Shown piece after piece: positions 19,174-29,473 of a stretch of DNA of 64,000 nt. Source of the stretch: a virus (lineage: Duplodnaviria; Caudoviricetes); IMG/VR virus record IMGVR_UViG_3300037067_011569, positions 1 to 64,000 of that record, one strand, 5' to 3'. The notes beneath the pieces are model-generated. The model ran no database searches. It was not told the origin of the DNA and worked only from the letters and a program-made list of their open reading frames with translations. Each line of letters opens with the position of its first letter. The stretch's first letter is position 1. The position numbers and the translations under genes are program-made.

Positions 19174-19777
19174 CTTGTATTGCCCCTGACAATCCTGGTT
19201 GAGCCCCAAGTCTTTCAGTATAGGGGTTACCATTAGAATCATTTCCCCAAGCTATACAGTCAGTTATTGTTTGTCCACAAATAGCTGCCTTATCACAAAT
19301 ATCTATCTCATATGGCTTATATTGACAAATACTATTATGAAATCGTCTGCTTGGGTATAATTGAAGTAATGGATTATCTAATCCTAAAGTAAATGATACA
19401 ATTTCTCTTGTACATGTTACCTTTTGACACTGAAGACGAATATAATAAACAGGGTCTGTGAGATCAAGTAACTTACTATTAACAAAGTAAATATCAATCC
19501 AAGACTCTTTATATTCATCATTTTCTACCACACGATTTTCAGCCATACCTCCTAAATTAGAAAAATGTATTGTTACTTCAGGTGCTTGTTTATCTGCACT
19601 TTCATTAAATTCTTCTATAGCTAAATCAGCAGAAGTGTAAACTTGACCATTCCATGTTATATTGGATTTGCTACAAGCATAATAATCCCCATATTCTACG
19701 CAAGCTACCAAGAGTATTAAAGCCCCTTGATTTAACTTGTTCATTTCTTCCAATATTTGAAATACTTTTGTTATCAC
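19157..19777 (-). CDS. minor tail protein (gpL / DUF1833-like)
   Basis: NITWNGQVY, HFSNLG, Cys cluster; synteny. Confidence 0.75.
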   Translation of the reverse strand: MITKVFQILEEMNKLNQGALILLVACVEYGDYYACSKSNITWNGQVYTSADLAIEEFNESADKQAPEVTIHFSNLGGMAENRVVENDEYKESWIDIYFVNSKLLDLTDPVYYIRLQCQKVTCTREIVSFTLGLDNPLLQLYPSRRFHNSICQYKPYEIDICDKAAICGQTITDCIAWGNDSNGNPYTERLGAQPGLSGAIQDEEGL

Positions 19778-19778
19778 A

Positions 19779-20237
19779 TTACACCTGAATAAATTCTAAA
19801 GCTTCGGAAGTTTCATAGTAATTCTGAACTACTCCCATATCCAAAAATTTCTTTTTCACTGAAAATTGTGACAATGAGTTTCTTACTAAATAAGTAGGCC
19901 CATCTCCCGCACCAGGTATTACTTCTGAATCCCAAGGAGCCATACCACCAGGTAATGCAGTCATCATTTCTTCTGGTATTCCAGCTAATCCGTATGGCAA
20001 TTTAAAATAAAAAGGTGTTCCACCCCTATTGTCATGAAAAAAATTAACAAGGTATATGTAATAGTCAGGGGTGATAAAATCAAACTCTATTTTGAACACC
20101 CATTTACCTCTAATATCATCAGGTGCAGTTTCAATGTAACCTGACTCTGTTTTTGATTCCAATATAGGATCACTATATATAACTTCAAAGTTAGATATAT
20201 GAACACCAGAATAAAATTCAAAAGTGTCATACGCCAT
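19779..20237 (-). CDS. distal tail protein (gpM/Dit-like)
   Basis: Directly after tape measure; FF..RGG.PFYFK motif. Confidence 0.65.
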   Translation of the reverse strand: MAYDTFEFYSGVHISNFEVIYSDPILESKTESGYIETAPDDIRGKWVFKIEFDFITPDYYIYLVNFFHDNRGGTPFYFKLPYGLAGIPEEMMTALPGGMAPWDSEVIPGAGDGPTYLVRNSLSQFSVKKKFLDMGVVQNYYETSEALEFIQV

Positions 20238-20239
20238 AA

Positions 20240-23200
20240 TTACATCCCTAATGAGTTTTTAACTTGTCTGTTAAAAGTTTTATCTTTTTTCATTTCTGTC
20301 AACCAAACTTGTTTAATCCATCCTGTACCTTGTTGCTTTGTTGGTCCTTCTGATACTTTAAGATTAGAATTGCTTGTTTTATTTATGAGCTCCAATTTAA
20401 CATCTACATTACTTCTATTTCTTGCCGCATCTTGTTCTGGAGTATATATTCTTTCGTTCTTTCTTGCTATGATTGGAACTTCATCAGAAGCAAGGGTGTT
20501 GTAACCATTATGTGCGTAGATTGCATTCTTAAGAATACTAATAGGGTACTTCTTTGTTGGCATCTTATCTACACCGATTGTTCCTCCTGTATGGTATGTA
20601 GCAACAATAAAATTGCCACCAAAACTATTACTTGCTATTTGTGTTGCACTACCTGAATATCCAAATGCACTTCCACTTCCACTTGCCACACCAAATAAAG
20701 AACCTACAACACTCCCTAAAATTCCACCAATTCCACTGCTCGTACTACCCCCACCACTACCAGCTTCACCTATAAGCAGATTCAATATCTGTTGCTTTAT
20801 TATAGCTTCCAGGATCCAACTAATCATGGATTTAAAAAAGTCTGTCATTGCTTCTTTGGCTGTCTTTGTGCCATCTATCATACTCATTATAGCACTAGAC
20901 ATTCCTGAAGCAAACTTATCAGGGAACTCTTTGGCAAGAGACATTACTACTTCACCAAAGCTTTTTGCTTCTCTCTTTGCTTTTTGCCATCCTCTTTGTA
21001 GTTGTTCCCATAGAGTTCCATTAAGTGCTATGGTTTTGTCTATGTATTCCTCTTCATCAATTACATCAAGTTTTCTAGCTTCTTTAAGATAAGCAAAATA
21101 TTGCTCACTTGTTTTTTCACCTGATCTCCATTTTTGTTCTTCATATTTGGTAGTCTTTTCAAAATATGACTTCTCAGCAGCATACTTTTTTTGAAATGCT
21201 TGTTCTGCCGAATTGGCTGCTTCAGCAAGTTTTGTTGCCTGGTCTTTGTTGCTCATATCTGTTTGCATTTTCAGATTTTCATAATACTCCAAAGCTTTTT
21301 CATACTTCTTATTGTAGTATTCTATGTCAATCTGAATTAATTGCTCTGTTGTGCTTGCGTTCCTTTGTGCTTCCAGGCGTTGGATTTGATATTGTGCGTC
21401 TAATGCTTTGTTTTCTGCCGATAGCTTTTTTTCCGCAGCCTTATACATTTTATTAGATGATTTTTCTTTTGCTTTTACTAGGTCTTCTTGGAGCTTATCC
21501 CAACTATCTTTTATCTGCTGGTTTACACCTGCTTCTATATCTATAGAAGCATCAGCACCTTGTTTGCTTTGTTCTTCTGCTACCTTTAATGCCCATTTTT
21601 GAATCTGCAAATATTCTTTCCAGAACTTCAAATGGGCTTTTTCCATAAGATTTGATTCATCATTTGCCGCCCTATTCATTGCTTCTATTTCAAGATCCAG
21701 CATTGATTCTTTACTATCCAAAGATTTTCTATTTTCTTTTGCTTCTATTTCACCTTTCTTATTAAGAAAATCTTGCCACCTTCTTTGTCTGTATGCCAAC
21801 AATTCTTCATCAATAGCTTTTATAAAAGCAGCTTTATCTTTCTCCATTGTTACTGGATCTTTACCTGTAGCGTCATACGATATTCTTAATCCCCCTACAG
21901 TTGTTTCAGGAATAGATTTGCCTGTTGTTATTGCTTCCTCTATTAACTCTTTCAATTTAGTTGCGGAGGTTTGCATTTTCTCCACATCTTGCTCAAATGA
22001 TTCTCTTTCTTTTTCTACTTTATTAGACATGTGAGACATATCAATACTTCTCATTGTCTCAGCAGTCTTGGCTATCCCTTTTTGTACTTTTGTTTGAGAG
22101 TCACCTTGTTCTCTTTGTAAATTAGCAAATTCAACCATTGCTTTAGCATAAGCTTCCCGCATCAATTGTAACTTTTGTGTAGGAGTCTTAGTCATCACAT
22201 TAATTTTTTCAAACTCAGTATCAAGTTTTCTTACAACATCTTCAAATGTGCCTTTGCCTTCTTCAGAAAGTGTGCCCCAAAGATTTTTTATATACTGACT
22301 TGATTTCTCTACAACCTTTTCCATTCTTGCTGCAAACTTGGCAACTATATCACTTTGGTTAGCAAGAATATCTTTATCAGTAACAGGTAAGGCCCTTTTC
22401 GGTGGAGTTATTCCTGCTGGTTGTCCAGTTTCAAAATCAAGAGATACATCATAACCTGTAGATTGTGCTTGTGCTATTTGCACAACACCTTTTTGGGTTT
22501 CTTCTAATATCTTTGTCATTCCCTCTTGTGTGATAAACTTCCGTTTCTCATAAGCAAGAGATATTAAAGCGTTTATTGATTCTACATAAGCTTTTTCTTT
22601 ATTACCTAAATTTAAATTATGTTCATCAGTAATTCTTTGGGTTTCTTTATTGTTGGATTTAGCAGAATCAAGCTTCTTCTTATATTTTTCATTCTCAATG
22701 GCTGTATCATTAAAATATTGAGCCCTAGTTGATTGAATCAATCTTATTACACCATTGAGAACTTCATTATTTACATCCTCAGAAAGACCGACACCTTGCC
22801 ATCGTATCTCGGCAATCTTCTCCATTGTTTTTACTTCTTCATCAAGCAACTCCGCTTGATATGCTTTCTGGCTTATCATTCCTTCAGCAAGAGACTTATC
22901 AAGTTTTTTTACCTTATCATCAAGCTTATGTAGTTCTTCCTCGGCATTCTTTCTTGCCATACCTTCAAGGTCTTCATACATAGCACTATAGACTGAAACA
23001 ACTGCTTTTCTTTCACCTGTGGCTATCTTCGCTGTTTCCTCAGCAGCTTTTTCCTTATCAGCAAGTTCTTTATTCCTGAGATCATTAAGAACAGATAGAA
23101 CATTGGCAACAGGAACATTTTGGGTGTTTATACCTGGGTACATTTTTTGGAATGCTGCTTCTACCTCTTCAGCAGTGGAATCAAATTCTATACCAAGTTT

Positions 23201-25753
23201 TTTGAGATCAGGAACAATAGCTAAAATAGCAGTCTCCAACAACTTCATTTGCTTTTCAGGTTCTTTTAAATTGAAAACCCATTTCATCAATGAAGAATTA
23301 GACCTGCTATATGCTGTAGCCAAGTTCCCTATTAATTCAATTTCTTTCTCGATAATCTCTTGATGCTTATCTTGCATATACTTATCAAGAGCTTCCAACC
23401 CACCTTTTTGATCAATCCACTTTCCACTTACTGTATCAATATAAGGTCTAAGCTCTTTATAATCATTTGCAAGACGCTTTAATGTAGCAGAATATTCTTG
23501 AGTATTTGGATTTAGGGTAGCTAACCTAGTAGAATAATCTTGTAACCCATCCCTAGTTTTACTAAGTTCTATTATTGAAGCGCCTAATTCTGCATTAAGT
23601 TCTCTTTGTGTTTTAATCCAGTATAATAAACCACCAACAGCAGCAGCTATAGCCACAACAGGATTTGCTTTCATAAAATTGAGGATAGTAAATAAAAACC
23701 CACCCATTCTTGCAGTTAAGCCTTCAATTACAACACCCATCCCCAATAGATGTCTTACTACCATACTAATAGCAGAAATAAATCCCCCAAGATTTAATGC
23801 TACAAAAGCTTTTGCAAGCAACCAACCTGCGGCGGCTGCTGAAGTTGCAGCAATAACTAATCCCCCACCTATTGAATCTGTCACCTTTAGTATTAAACCA
23901 AAAGTTACTCTTAATGCATCAATAAGAGCGCCAAGAGTAGAACCAAGTCCACCTTCACCTATTGATATGGTGAGAAGTTGTATTACATTCATCAAGTTCT
24001 TTGCTTTGTTAGCAAGGCCTTGCATCTGTATATCTGCCATTTCTTGTGCAGACCCAACTTCAAATACCTTTTTATAGTATTCATCGTAAGCTTTTGATCC
24101 ATCCCTAACTGCTCTTGTCAAAACAATAGCAGCAGGGGCACCACGAAGACCAAACAATTCAAAAGCATCAGCAGCAGTAGGTGCCACTCTTGCCAATTCT
24201 ATAAGGATATTCTTTAAAGAGTTGGTTGCAGGATCTAACTTGCTCATATCTGCACCCATACTCTGAAATTTCTCAGATAAAGATTTAGTTGGAGAAATGA
24301 GTCTAGCAATAACCTGCCTTAATGCTGTACCTATTGTACTAGCACGCAAACCTGAATCTGCAAGCAGCATTGTAGAAGCAGCAGATTCTTCCAATGACAA
24401 TCCTGCTTCGGCAGCAGTAGGTGCTAAATAAGAAAAAGCAACCCTTAACTTTTCTACATCAAGTTTTGATTTATTGACAGCAGTTGCCATAATATCTGCA
24501 ACTCTGCCGGAATCAGTGGCTTTTAGTTCAAAAGCTCTTATGGTTGTAGTAAGAAGATCAGTGGTATCTTTCATTGTTGAAAGAGTGCCAGTAGCAAGCA
24601 AGACAGTTGCTTTCATTGTATCTATTGATTCACTAGCACTAAAACCAGCTTGACCAATAATAGTTAAACCATCTGCTACTTCTTTTGCTGAGTACTTGGT
24701 ATTAGCAGCAAGGGACTTTATTGTTTTTTCCATCACCTTTATTTCGGAATCAGTAGCAGAAGTGATGGCTTGCAAGTTCTTCAATGACTGATCAAATTCC
24801 ATTACATTTATAACACCATCTCTCATTGCTCTAATGGTGCCATATATCGCTGTTGAGGCAAGACCGAAGAAGGCCATTGTCTTCAAAGTGGAAGCAAAAC
24901 GACTCATTACTGTTTCTACTTTGGGACCTTGATTTAATAGTGCTTGTTGAGCTTCCGTTAATTCAACAATGCCTTTTCTTGTGTACTTTACCCTGTTTTG
25001 TAATTCATCTTGCATCATATTAAGGCGGTTTACACCTGCTGCCCATGTTTCTCCATCTTTCCCAGCATTTGTCATACCAACAGCGTGTGCTTGTATTGCT
25101 CTTTCCGTTCTGTATAGATTTGCTTCTAGTAACTGTAAAGAGGTTCCTTGTTTTCCATAAAGTTGGGCACCATCAGCAAGTGCTTGTCTAAATTTGGCAC
25201 TTTGATTTACTGCCCTACCTTGTGCAGCGGCATATTCACTAATATCTGAAGTTACTTTATTTGTGGAATCAGAGAGGACTTTTTGTTTTTCTACTACCCT
25301 TTCTATTCCTGTTCTTGTATACTTCAACTTTCCTTCATGCTCTTGCAACATCATACTAAGACGATTTACACCTTCAGCCCATTTTCCTCCATGTTTCCCA
25401 GCACTTTCCATTGATAAGGCTTGAGATTGGATGGCTTTCTCAGTCCGGTACAATTTAGCTTCAAAGTTTTTGAAAGCAGTACCTGTTTTTGAATTAAGTA
25501 TTTCAGCACCGTTAGCTAAAGCATCTTGAAACTTTTTTGACTCAACAGTTGCCTTGCCTAAAGATGATCCATACTGAGTTAAATCATTTTCCATAGAGGA
25601 CATTGCTGCTTTTTGCTTCTTAGCAACTTCACTTGTGTTCCCTATGGCACCATTCAAAGTTGACAACATTCTCCGTAATTCTTCTATCGTAGTACGGAAA
25701 GTACTGTCTATCTCACCTTTGAATAATGTACCAAGACTGAGAGTTTTAGCCAT
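20240..25753 (-). CDS. tape measure protein (TP901-like core), ~1837 aa
   Basis: FDQSLKNLQAIT..., T.YSA.EVA.GL, GL.AS.IGTALR; long helical protein after chaperones. Confidence 0.95.
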   Translation of the reverse strand: MAKTLSLGTLFKGEIDSTFRTTIEELRRMLSTLNGAIGNTSEVAKKQKAAMSSMENDLTQYGSSLGKATVESKKFQDALANGAEILNSKTGTAFKNFEAKLYRTEKAIQSQALSMESAGKHGGKWAEGVNRLSMMLQEHEGKLKYTRTGIERVVEKQKVLSDSTNKVTSDISEYAAAQGRAVNQSAKFRQALADGAQLYGKQGTSLQLLEANLYRTERAIQAHAVGMTNAGKDGETWAAGVNRLNMMQDELQNRVKYTRKGIVELTEAQQALLNQGPKVETVMSRFASTLKTMAFFGLASTAIYGTIRAMRDGVINVMEFDQSLKNLQAITSATDSEIKVMEKTIKSLAANTKYSAKEVADGLTIIGQAGFSASESIDTMKATVLLATGTLSTMKDTTDLLTTTIRAFELKATDSGRVADIMATAVNKSKLDVEKLRVAFSYLAPTAAEAGLSLEESAASTMLLADSGLRASTIGTALRQVIARLISPTKSLSEKFQSMGADMSKLDPATNSLKNILIELARVAPTAADAFELFGLRGAPAAIVLTRAVRDGSKAYDEYYKKVFEVGSAQEMADIQMQGLANKAKNLMNVIQLLTISIGEGGLGSTLGALIDALRVTFGLILKVTDSIGGGLVIAATSAAAAGWLLAKAFVALNLGGFISAISMVVRHLLGMGVVIEGLTARMGGFLFTILNFMKANPVVAIAAAVGGLLYWIKTQRELNAELGASIIELSKTRDGLQDYSTRLATLNPNTQEYSATLKRLANDYKELRPYIDTVSGKWIDQKGGLEALDKYMQDKHQEIIEKEIELIGNLATAYSRSNSSLMKWVFNLKEPEKQMKLLETAILAIVPDLKKLGIEFDSTAEEVEAAFQKMYPGINTQNVPVANVLSVLNDLRNKELADKEKAAEETAKIATGERKAVVSVYSAMYEDLEGMARKNAEEELHKLDDKVKKLDKSLAEGMISQKAYQAELLDEEVKTMEKIAEIRWQGVGLSEDVNNEVLNGVIRLIQSTRAQYFNDTAIENEKYKKKLDSAKSNNKETQRITDEHNLNLGNKEKAYVESINALISLAYEKRKFITQEGMTKILEETQKGVVQIAQAQSTGYDVSLDFETGQPAGITPPKRALPVTDKDILANQSDIVAKFAARMEKVVEKSSQYIKNLWGTLSEEGKGTFEDVVRKLDTEFEKINVMTKTPTQKLQLMREAYAKAMVEFANLQREQGDSQTKVQKGIAKTAETMRSIDMSHMSNKVEKERESFEQDVEKMQTSATKLKELIEEAITTGKSIPETTVGGLRISYDATGKDPVTMEKDKAAFIKAIDEELLAYRQRRWQDFLNKKGEIEAKENRKSLDSKESMLDLEIEAMNRAANDESNLMEKAHLKFWKEYLQIQKWALKVAEEQSKQGADASIDIEAGVNQQIKDSWDKLQEDLVKAKEKSSNKMYKAAEKKLSAENKALDAQYQIQRLEAQRNASTTEQLIQIDIEYYNKKYEKALEYYENLKMQTDMSNKDQATKLAEAANSAEQAFQKKYAAEKSYFEKTTKYEEQKWRSGEKTSEQYFAYLKEARKLDVIDEEEYIDKTIALNGTLWEQLQRGWQKAKREAKSFGEVVMSLAKEFPDKFASGMSSAIMSMIDGTKTAKEAMTDFFKSMISWILEAIIKQQILNLLIGEAGSGGGSTSSGIGGILGSVVGSLFGVASGSGSAFGYSGSATQIASNSFGGNFIVATYHTGGTIGVDKMPTKKYPISILKNAIYAHNGYNTLASDEVPIIARKNERIYTPEQDAARNRSNVDVKLELINKTSNSNLKVSEGPTKQQGTGWIKQVWLTEMKKDKTFNRQVKNSLGM

Positions 25754-26177
25754 TATCCACCTTTTTAGGTTTCTTGGAAGCATTAAAGTTCGCCGCAAGG
25801 GGCGAAAATTTCTGCATCATATCCTTAGTCAATCTTTCTTTTTCTTCTTGACTAAGGTGCTCGTATTCTTTTGGATCCTTAAAAAGTAAATCGTTGCCAC
25901 TTTGTTTTTTTGTTGTCTTTTGGTCTCTACTACCTTTGAACTCTATTCCATTTGCTAACGCTTGGTACTTTAGTGTCTCTATTTCTTTTTTCTTTACATG
26001 CTCAAATAGATACATCAACTGACTTAAAGTTATTCCTCCGTCTCTATATCCTTTTCCGAAGAAGTCGATAGGTCTATACCCGTAACTGAGGCAGACTTCA
26101 GCGACGGCAAATTCGTAGGTGACAAGTTCAATATCTTCTCCTTCAACTTCTCTAGCTGACTCGTCACCTTCTCCAAT
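25746..26177 (-). CDS. tail assembly chaperone, -1 frameshift extension (gpT-like)
   Basis: -1 frame open from the slippery site through ORF 25746-26018. Confidence 0.75.
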   Translation of the reverse strand: MGEGDESAREVEGEDIELVTYEFAVAEVCLSYGYRPIDFFGKGYRDGGITLSQLMYLFEHVKKKEIETLKYQALANGIEFKGSRDQKTTKKQSGNDLLFKDPKEYEHLSQEEKERLTKDMMQKFSPLAANFNASKKPKKVDNG

Positions 26178-26518
26178 AAAAAACTGAAGTTTTCCTCGTA
26201 GATTATAGATATTGCTTCAGAGAATTGTTTATTAGTCATTTCGGAAAGGATATCTACTTCCACACCATTTTCAATCAACGGGTCTGTTACAAGAGGAATA
26301 AGTTTGTCAAGGTTGGAGGTTATTGTTTCAACAATGAACCCTACAAATTCAGTATCTTCCATCCCTGAAGATCCGAATATAGTATCCAATGTTGCTTTTA
26401 TCACTTCCTTCATCTTCAACTGATCTCTCACTGAGAGAGGATAAATTAAAATGTTCCTCAGATTTCGGATACCAATTTCAAGTTCCTTAATCTGCGGATT
26501 AAGTTTGGGCTCCGGCAT
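26030..26518 (-). CDS. tail assembly chaperone (gpG-like)
   Basis: Between tail tube and TMP; contains slippery heptamer. Confidence 0.8.
   Translation of the reverse strand: MPEPKLNPQIKELEIGIRNLRNILIYPLSVRDQLKMKEVIKATLDTIFGSSGMEDTEFVGFIVETITSNLDKLIPLVTDPLIENGVEVDILSEMTNKQFSEAISIIYEENFSFLLEKVTSQLEKLKEKILNLSPTNLPSLKSASVTGIDLSTSSEKDIETEE
26177..26183 (-). promoter_or_regulatory. -1 programmed ribosomal frameshift site T TTT TTA
   Basis: In-frame AGT TTT TTA; X XXY YYZ heptamer. Confidence 0.8.
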
Positions 26519-26534
26519 TGCTATTCTCCTTCAA

Positions 26535-27113
26535 TTACACAAAGATGATATGACCAAGCGGTGCGGAATTCCAAACAGCATTACCACCGGTTACATCAGA
26601 GCTTGCAATCTTGCTCTCAAATGTAAGAGTTGGTTTTGCATTGTCTTCTTTTGCAAGGTCAATTTCCATTACAGACGAAACCTGCGCTCTGGGGAAGATA
26701 ATATACATGTAGTTAGTACCTGCAGGAAATGTATACTGAGCTTCCATTCTTACATACTCAGGAGCAGCAAGGTTGCCAAGAGTTACTTCACCACTTGTGG
26801 CAGTATACGTTTCGGTAGTCGGATCGAAGCCACGAGCAAGTGCCATGGTGTAGGGTTTAATTTCTTCAAACTGACACTCAAGATGTGCCTTCTCTCTGAG
26901 GGGATAAATCTGATCTTCTTTGAGAGGGAAACCTGATTCATGTCGCCAATAGTCAACAGAAGACGAAAACTTTGTGGTAGCAAGAGCACCGATACTGTCA
27001 GAAGCAGTAGAGCATACACCAGTTTTCGCTATGTTCGTAGCAGAAGCGACAACACGAACCTGGGCAAGACCTAGTGCAAGTGTTCCAGTATCTTTGATGA
27101 TAGGACCTGACAT
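26535..27113 (-). CDS. major tail (tube) protein
   Basis: Synteny; beta-rich; FPRAQV and tube-like motifs. Confidence 0.8.
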   Translation of the reverse strand: MSGPIIKDTGTLALGLAQVRVVASATNIAKTGVCSTASDSIGALATTKFSSSVDYWRHESGFPLKEDQIYPLREKAHLECQFEEIKPYTMALARGFDPTTETYTATSGEVTLGNLAAPEYVRMEAQYTFPAGTNYMYIIFPRAQVSSVMEIDLAKEDNAKPTLTFESKIASSDVTGGNAVWNSAPLGHIIFV

Positions 27114-27166
27114 AGTTGAAACTCCTTATGTAATGTTTGAATCGTTTCACCGTTGAAGCCGGAGTT

Positions 27167-27415
27167 TCAGTCAGTCTTTGGTGAGGAGGATGACTGATTT
27201 ATTTCGAAGATATTAAATTCGTTCCAATGGTCTGGGTGTTCCCTCCTGCATGATCGTCTTAAACATTTAATCCTTAATATGCCTATAGCTTCTAATTCAA
27301 CTACAGTACCTATACAAGAACCAATGCTGTCACCGAAAATGAACCTCCAAGTACCATTTGAAGTTCGCTCAATTACAGGTTTATTGCACAAAGTACATTT
27401 AAGAAGCTTTCCCAT
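27167..27415 (-). CDS. small Zn-finger-like protein
   Basis: CTLC...CLRRSC; TAATG coupling. Confidence 0.6.
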   Translation of the reverse strand: MGKLLKCTLCNKPVIERTSNGTWRFIFGDSIGSCIGTVVELEAIGILRIKCLRRSCRREHPDHWNEFNIFEINQSSSSPKTD

Positions 27416-27885
27416 TATACTTTGCTTTCCCATCTCAATCGTACATTCAGAATGCAAAACTTGGTTTCATCATCCGTTGTGTCTTCCGCTTCCTCATACA
27501 CACTCTGAACAATAAAAGCTCCAAGTAGTGTCCACGCTAGTGAAGGATGACTTCTGTAAAAAGGTATTCGTTTCATCCCATCTGAAGTACTCGTATCGGA
27601 TAGATACCCTAGCACTGTATCTCTCAATTGTGCAAGTCGAAAACCTTCATTATCCATTTTCGTACAGCAAAAAACTTTTAAATCCAACCCAGACATATAT
27701 CCCATGTCTATGTTTCCAATTGTTATCGACACCCACTTGTCAACCTCCCTTCCTTGTATCATGGGTGCAGTTAAATACTTATCAAAAGTAACATCAATCT
27801 TTTCAGTCTTTTTAAGATTGTCCACAAAGAATTTTTTTATGGAATCTTTTACATTGGCTTTTCTTGCAGTAGGGTCAAGAGCCAT
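27415..27885 (-). CDS. tail terminator / completion protein (putative)
   Basis: Position before tail tube; size 156 aa. Confidence 0.6.
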   Translation of the reverse strand: MALDPTARKANVKDSIKKFFVDNLKKTEKIDVTFDKYLTAPMIQGREVDKWVSITIGNIDMGYMSGLDLKVFCCTKMDNEGFRLAQLRDTVLGYLSDTSTSDGMKRIPFYRSHPSLAWTLLGAFIVQSVYEEAEDTTDDETKFCILNVRLRWESKV

Positions 27886-28108
27886 TGTCTATTTCCTTAA
27901 GAAACTTTTTGAGTTCTGGGAAGAATTGGTTAACAATCCAGTTAACAGAATCTTTAACATCCACTCTGTTTTCATCTTGGATCTTTGTTATATCAAACTC
28001 AGCAACATTCAGAGCAAGTGCCAACTTCTTAAGGTCTTCAAGTTCATGCTCAATTATAACCCTAAAACCTGTTGGTTTCACATCTAGTATCTTTAGAGGC
28101 AAACTCAT
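27875..28108 (-). CDS. hypothetical protein
   Basis: ORF coupled in operon. Confidence 0.65.
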   Translation of the reverse strand: MSLPLKILDVKPTGFRVIIEHELEDLKKLALALNVAEFDITKIQDENRVDVKDSVNWIVNQFFPELKKFLKEIDNGS

Positions 28109-28662
28109 GACCAATTCCTTTCTATATCACTCATTACTCTATCTGGTATTCCATCATAGTTTTGTTGTTCAAATTCATCTAGTGTATTTGAAAGAACTGG
28201 TCTTGGGAAATGATAGCCACCTTTTCTTGCTCTGTAATCACCACCATATTCAAGAACTGTTGCTATCATTGCTATTCTTTTTGAGTCACCTTTATCAAGT
28301 TTCCCAAACCAAGACTTTCCGCCTGAATCAGTAACACTTCCAGGTATTCCACCAACCCATCCACCTTTCTCTTGGAAATTATTTATACTTGCAACTAAAT
28401 CACCTTTTAACTTCCAAAAAGGTTGACTTCCTAATCCTACTTTAGCTTTCCAATCCGAATATCTTTGAACATATGGCATAAAAGACCATTTTTTTGAAAG
28501 GATATTTGCTATTACTTTAGAGGAATAACTAGAAGATAACATCCTATTAAGTTCACCACCATTAGCTTTTAACCACCAATGAGCACTATTTTGTATGCCC
28601 CTGACACCTTTAGTCCATCGGGCCAAATCTTCTTTATTCAACTCTACAACTAATCCAATCAT
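28105..28662 (-). CDS. tail completion / neck protein (HK97 gp10-like, putative)
   Basis: KLKGDLVASI, A.VLEYGG...PRP motifs. Confidence 0.65.
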   Translation of the reverse strand: MIGLVVELNKEDLARWTKGVRGIQNSAHWWLKANGGELNRMLSSSYSSKVIANILSKKWSFMPYVQRYSDWKAKVGLGSQPFWKLKGDLVASINNFQEKGGWVGGIPGSVTDSGGKSWFGKLDKGDSKRIAMIATVLEYGGDYRARKGGYHFPRPVLSNTLDEFEQQNYDGIPDRVMSDIERNWS

Positions 28663-29081
28663 TGTTTCTTCTCTCTTATCCACCCGTCAAGGGCTTTAAC
28701 AAATTTCAAACCTTCTACTTCTTTATATGTTTCAATCCCTAAAGGGACTTTATTTGTTCGGAATATCCTTGTTGCAAGAAATACTGCTTTATCTCCATTC
28801 TCTTTTTCTATATCCTTAAAGAACGTAATGGCATCAAAATCAGAAAGAAGATAAACATCTAACACATTTGCCATATCCAAATCAAACCATTCATTGCCGA
28901 AAAGGAAACCCCACCACTCTGTATCAGGAACGTCACAGGATTGTAATTCATCTCTATGATCTAGAAAGACTACATGACAGTTAACCTTTTCCAAGGAATC
29001 CATAAACCTTGACTTGTCATCAAGTGTTTCTACATCACCCGGGAAGAAATACAAAGTAAGTAAAGTTTCTTCATCGTTCAT
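28659..29081 (-). CDS. degenerate GT2-like protein
   Basis: TEWWGFLFGNEWFD resembles the GT-A DxD region; RIFR motif. Confidence 0.45.
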   Translation of the reverse strand: MNDEETLLTLYFFPGDVETLDDKSRFMDSLEKVNCHVVFLDHRDELQSCDVPDTEWWGFLFGNEWFDLDMANVLDVYLLSDFDAITFFKDIEKENGDKAVFLATRIFRTNKVPLGIETYKEVEGLKFVKALDGWIREKKQ

Positions 29082-29473
29082 GCTGCTACCCTATGCTTGA
29101 ATAGCCATTTTGCAACTGCATCAACACCTTTTTCCCAAGTGCCCCAATCTTTTATTGCTCCAGTATCATCATTACCTACATTTCCTGGATTATGTGATCT
29201 TGATCCTTTCCCTTTTGTTCCAAACATTGAATCGTTCTGCATCAATGCAACCATTACTGATATGCCCCCTGATCCAAGATTGTATTTATTTGCTGCTTCA
29301 TAAATCATTGCACCAGTTATAGGACTATTTGGTGCTCTAGACGTAATATACTTATCAATTTGATCAACTACCAAAACATTAATCTTTTTAGCCATTGCAG
29401 CAATTCTTACTTCATGATCAGGATCTGTGGCATACTTTGTTATATCAAACCCATAAATAATTCCTTTGCTCAT
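29078..29473 (-). CDS. glucosaminidase/lysozyme-like cell-wall hydrolase (putative endolysin)
   Basis: EAANKYN...ALMQNDSMFG...HNPGNVG...WEKGVDA. Confidence 0.7.
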   Translation of the reverse strand: MSKGIIYGFDITKYATDPDHEVRIAAMAKKINVLVVDQIDKYITSRAPNSPITGAMIYEAANKYNLGSGGISVMVALMQNDSMFGTKGKGSRSHNPGNVGNDDTGAIKDWGTWEKGVDAVAKWLFKHRVAA

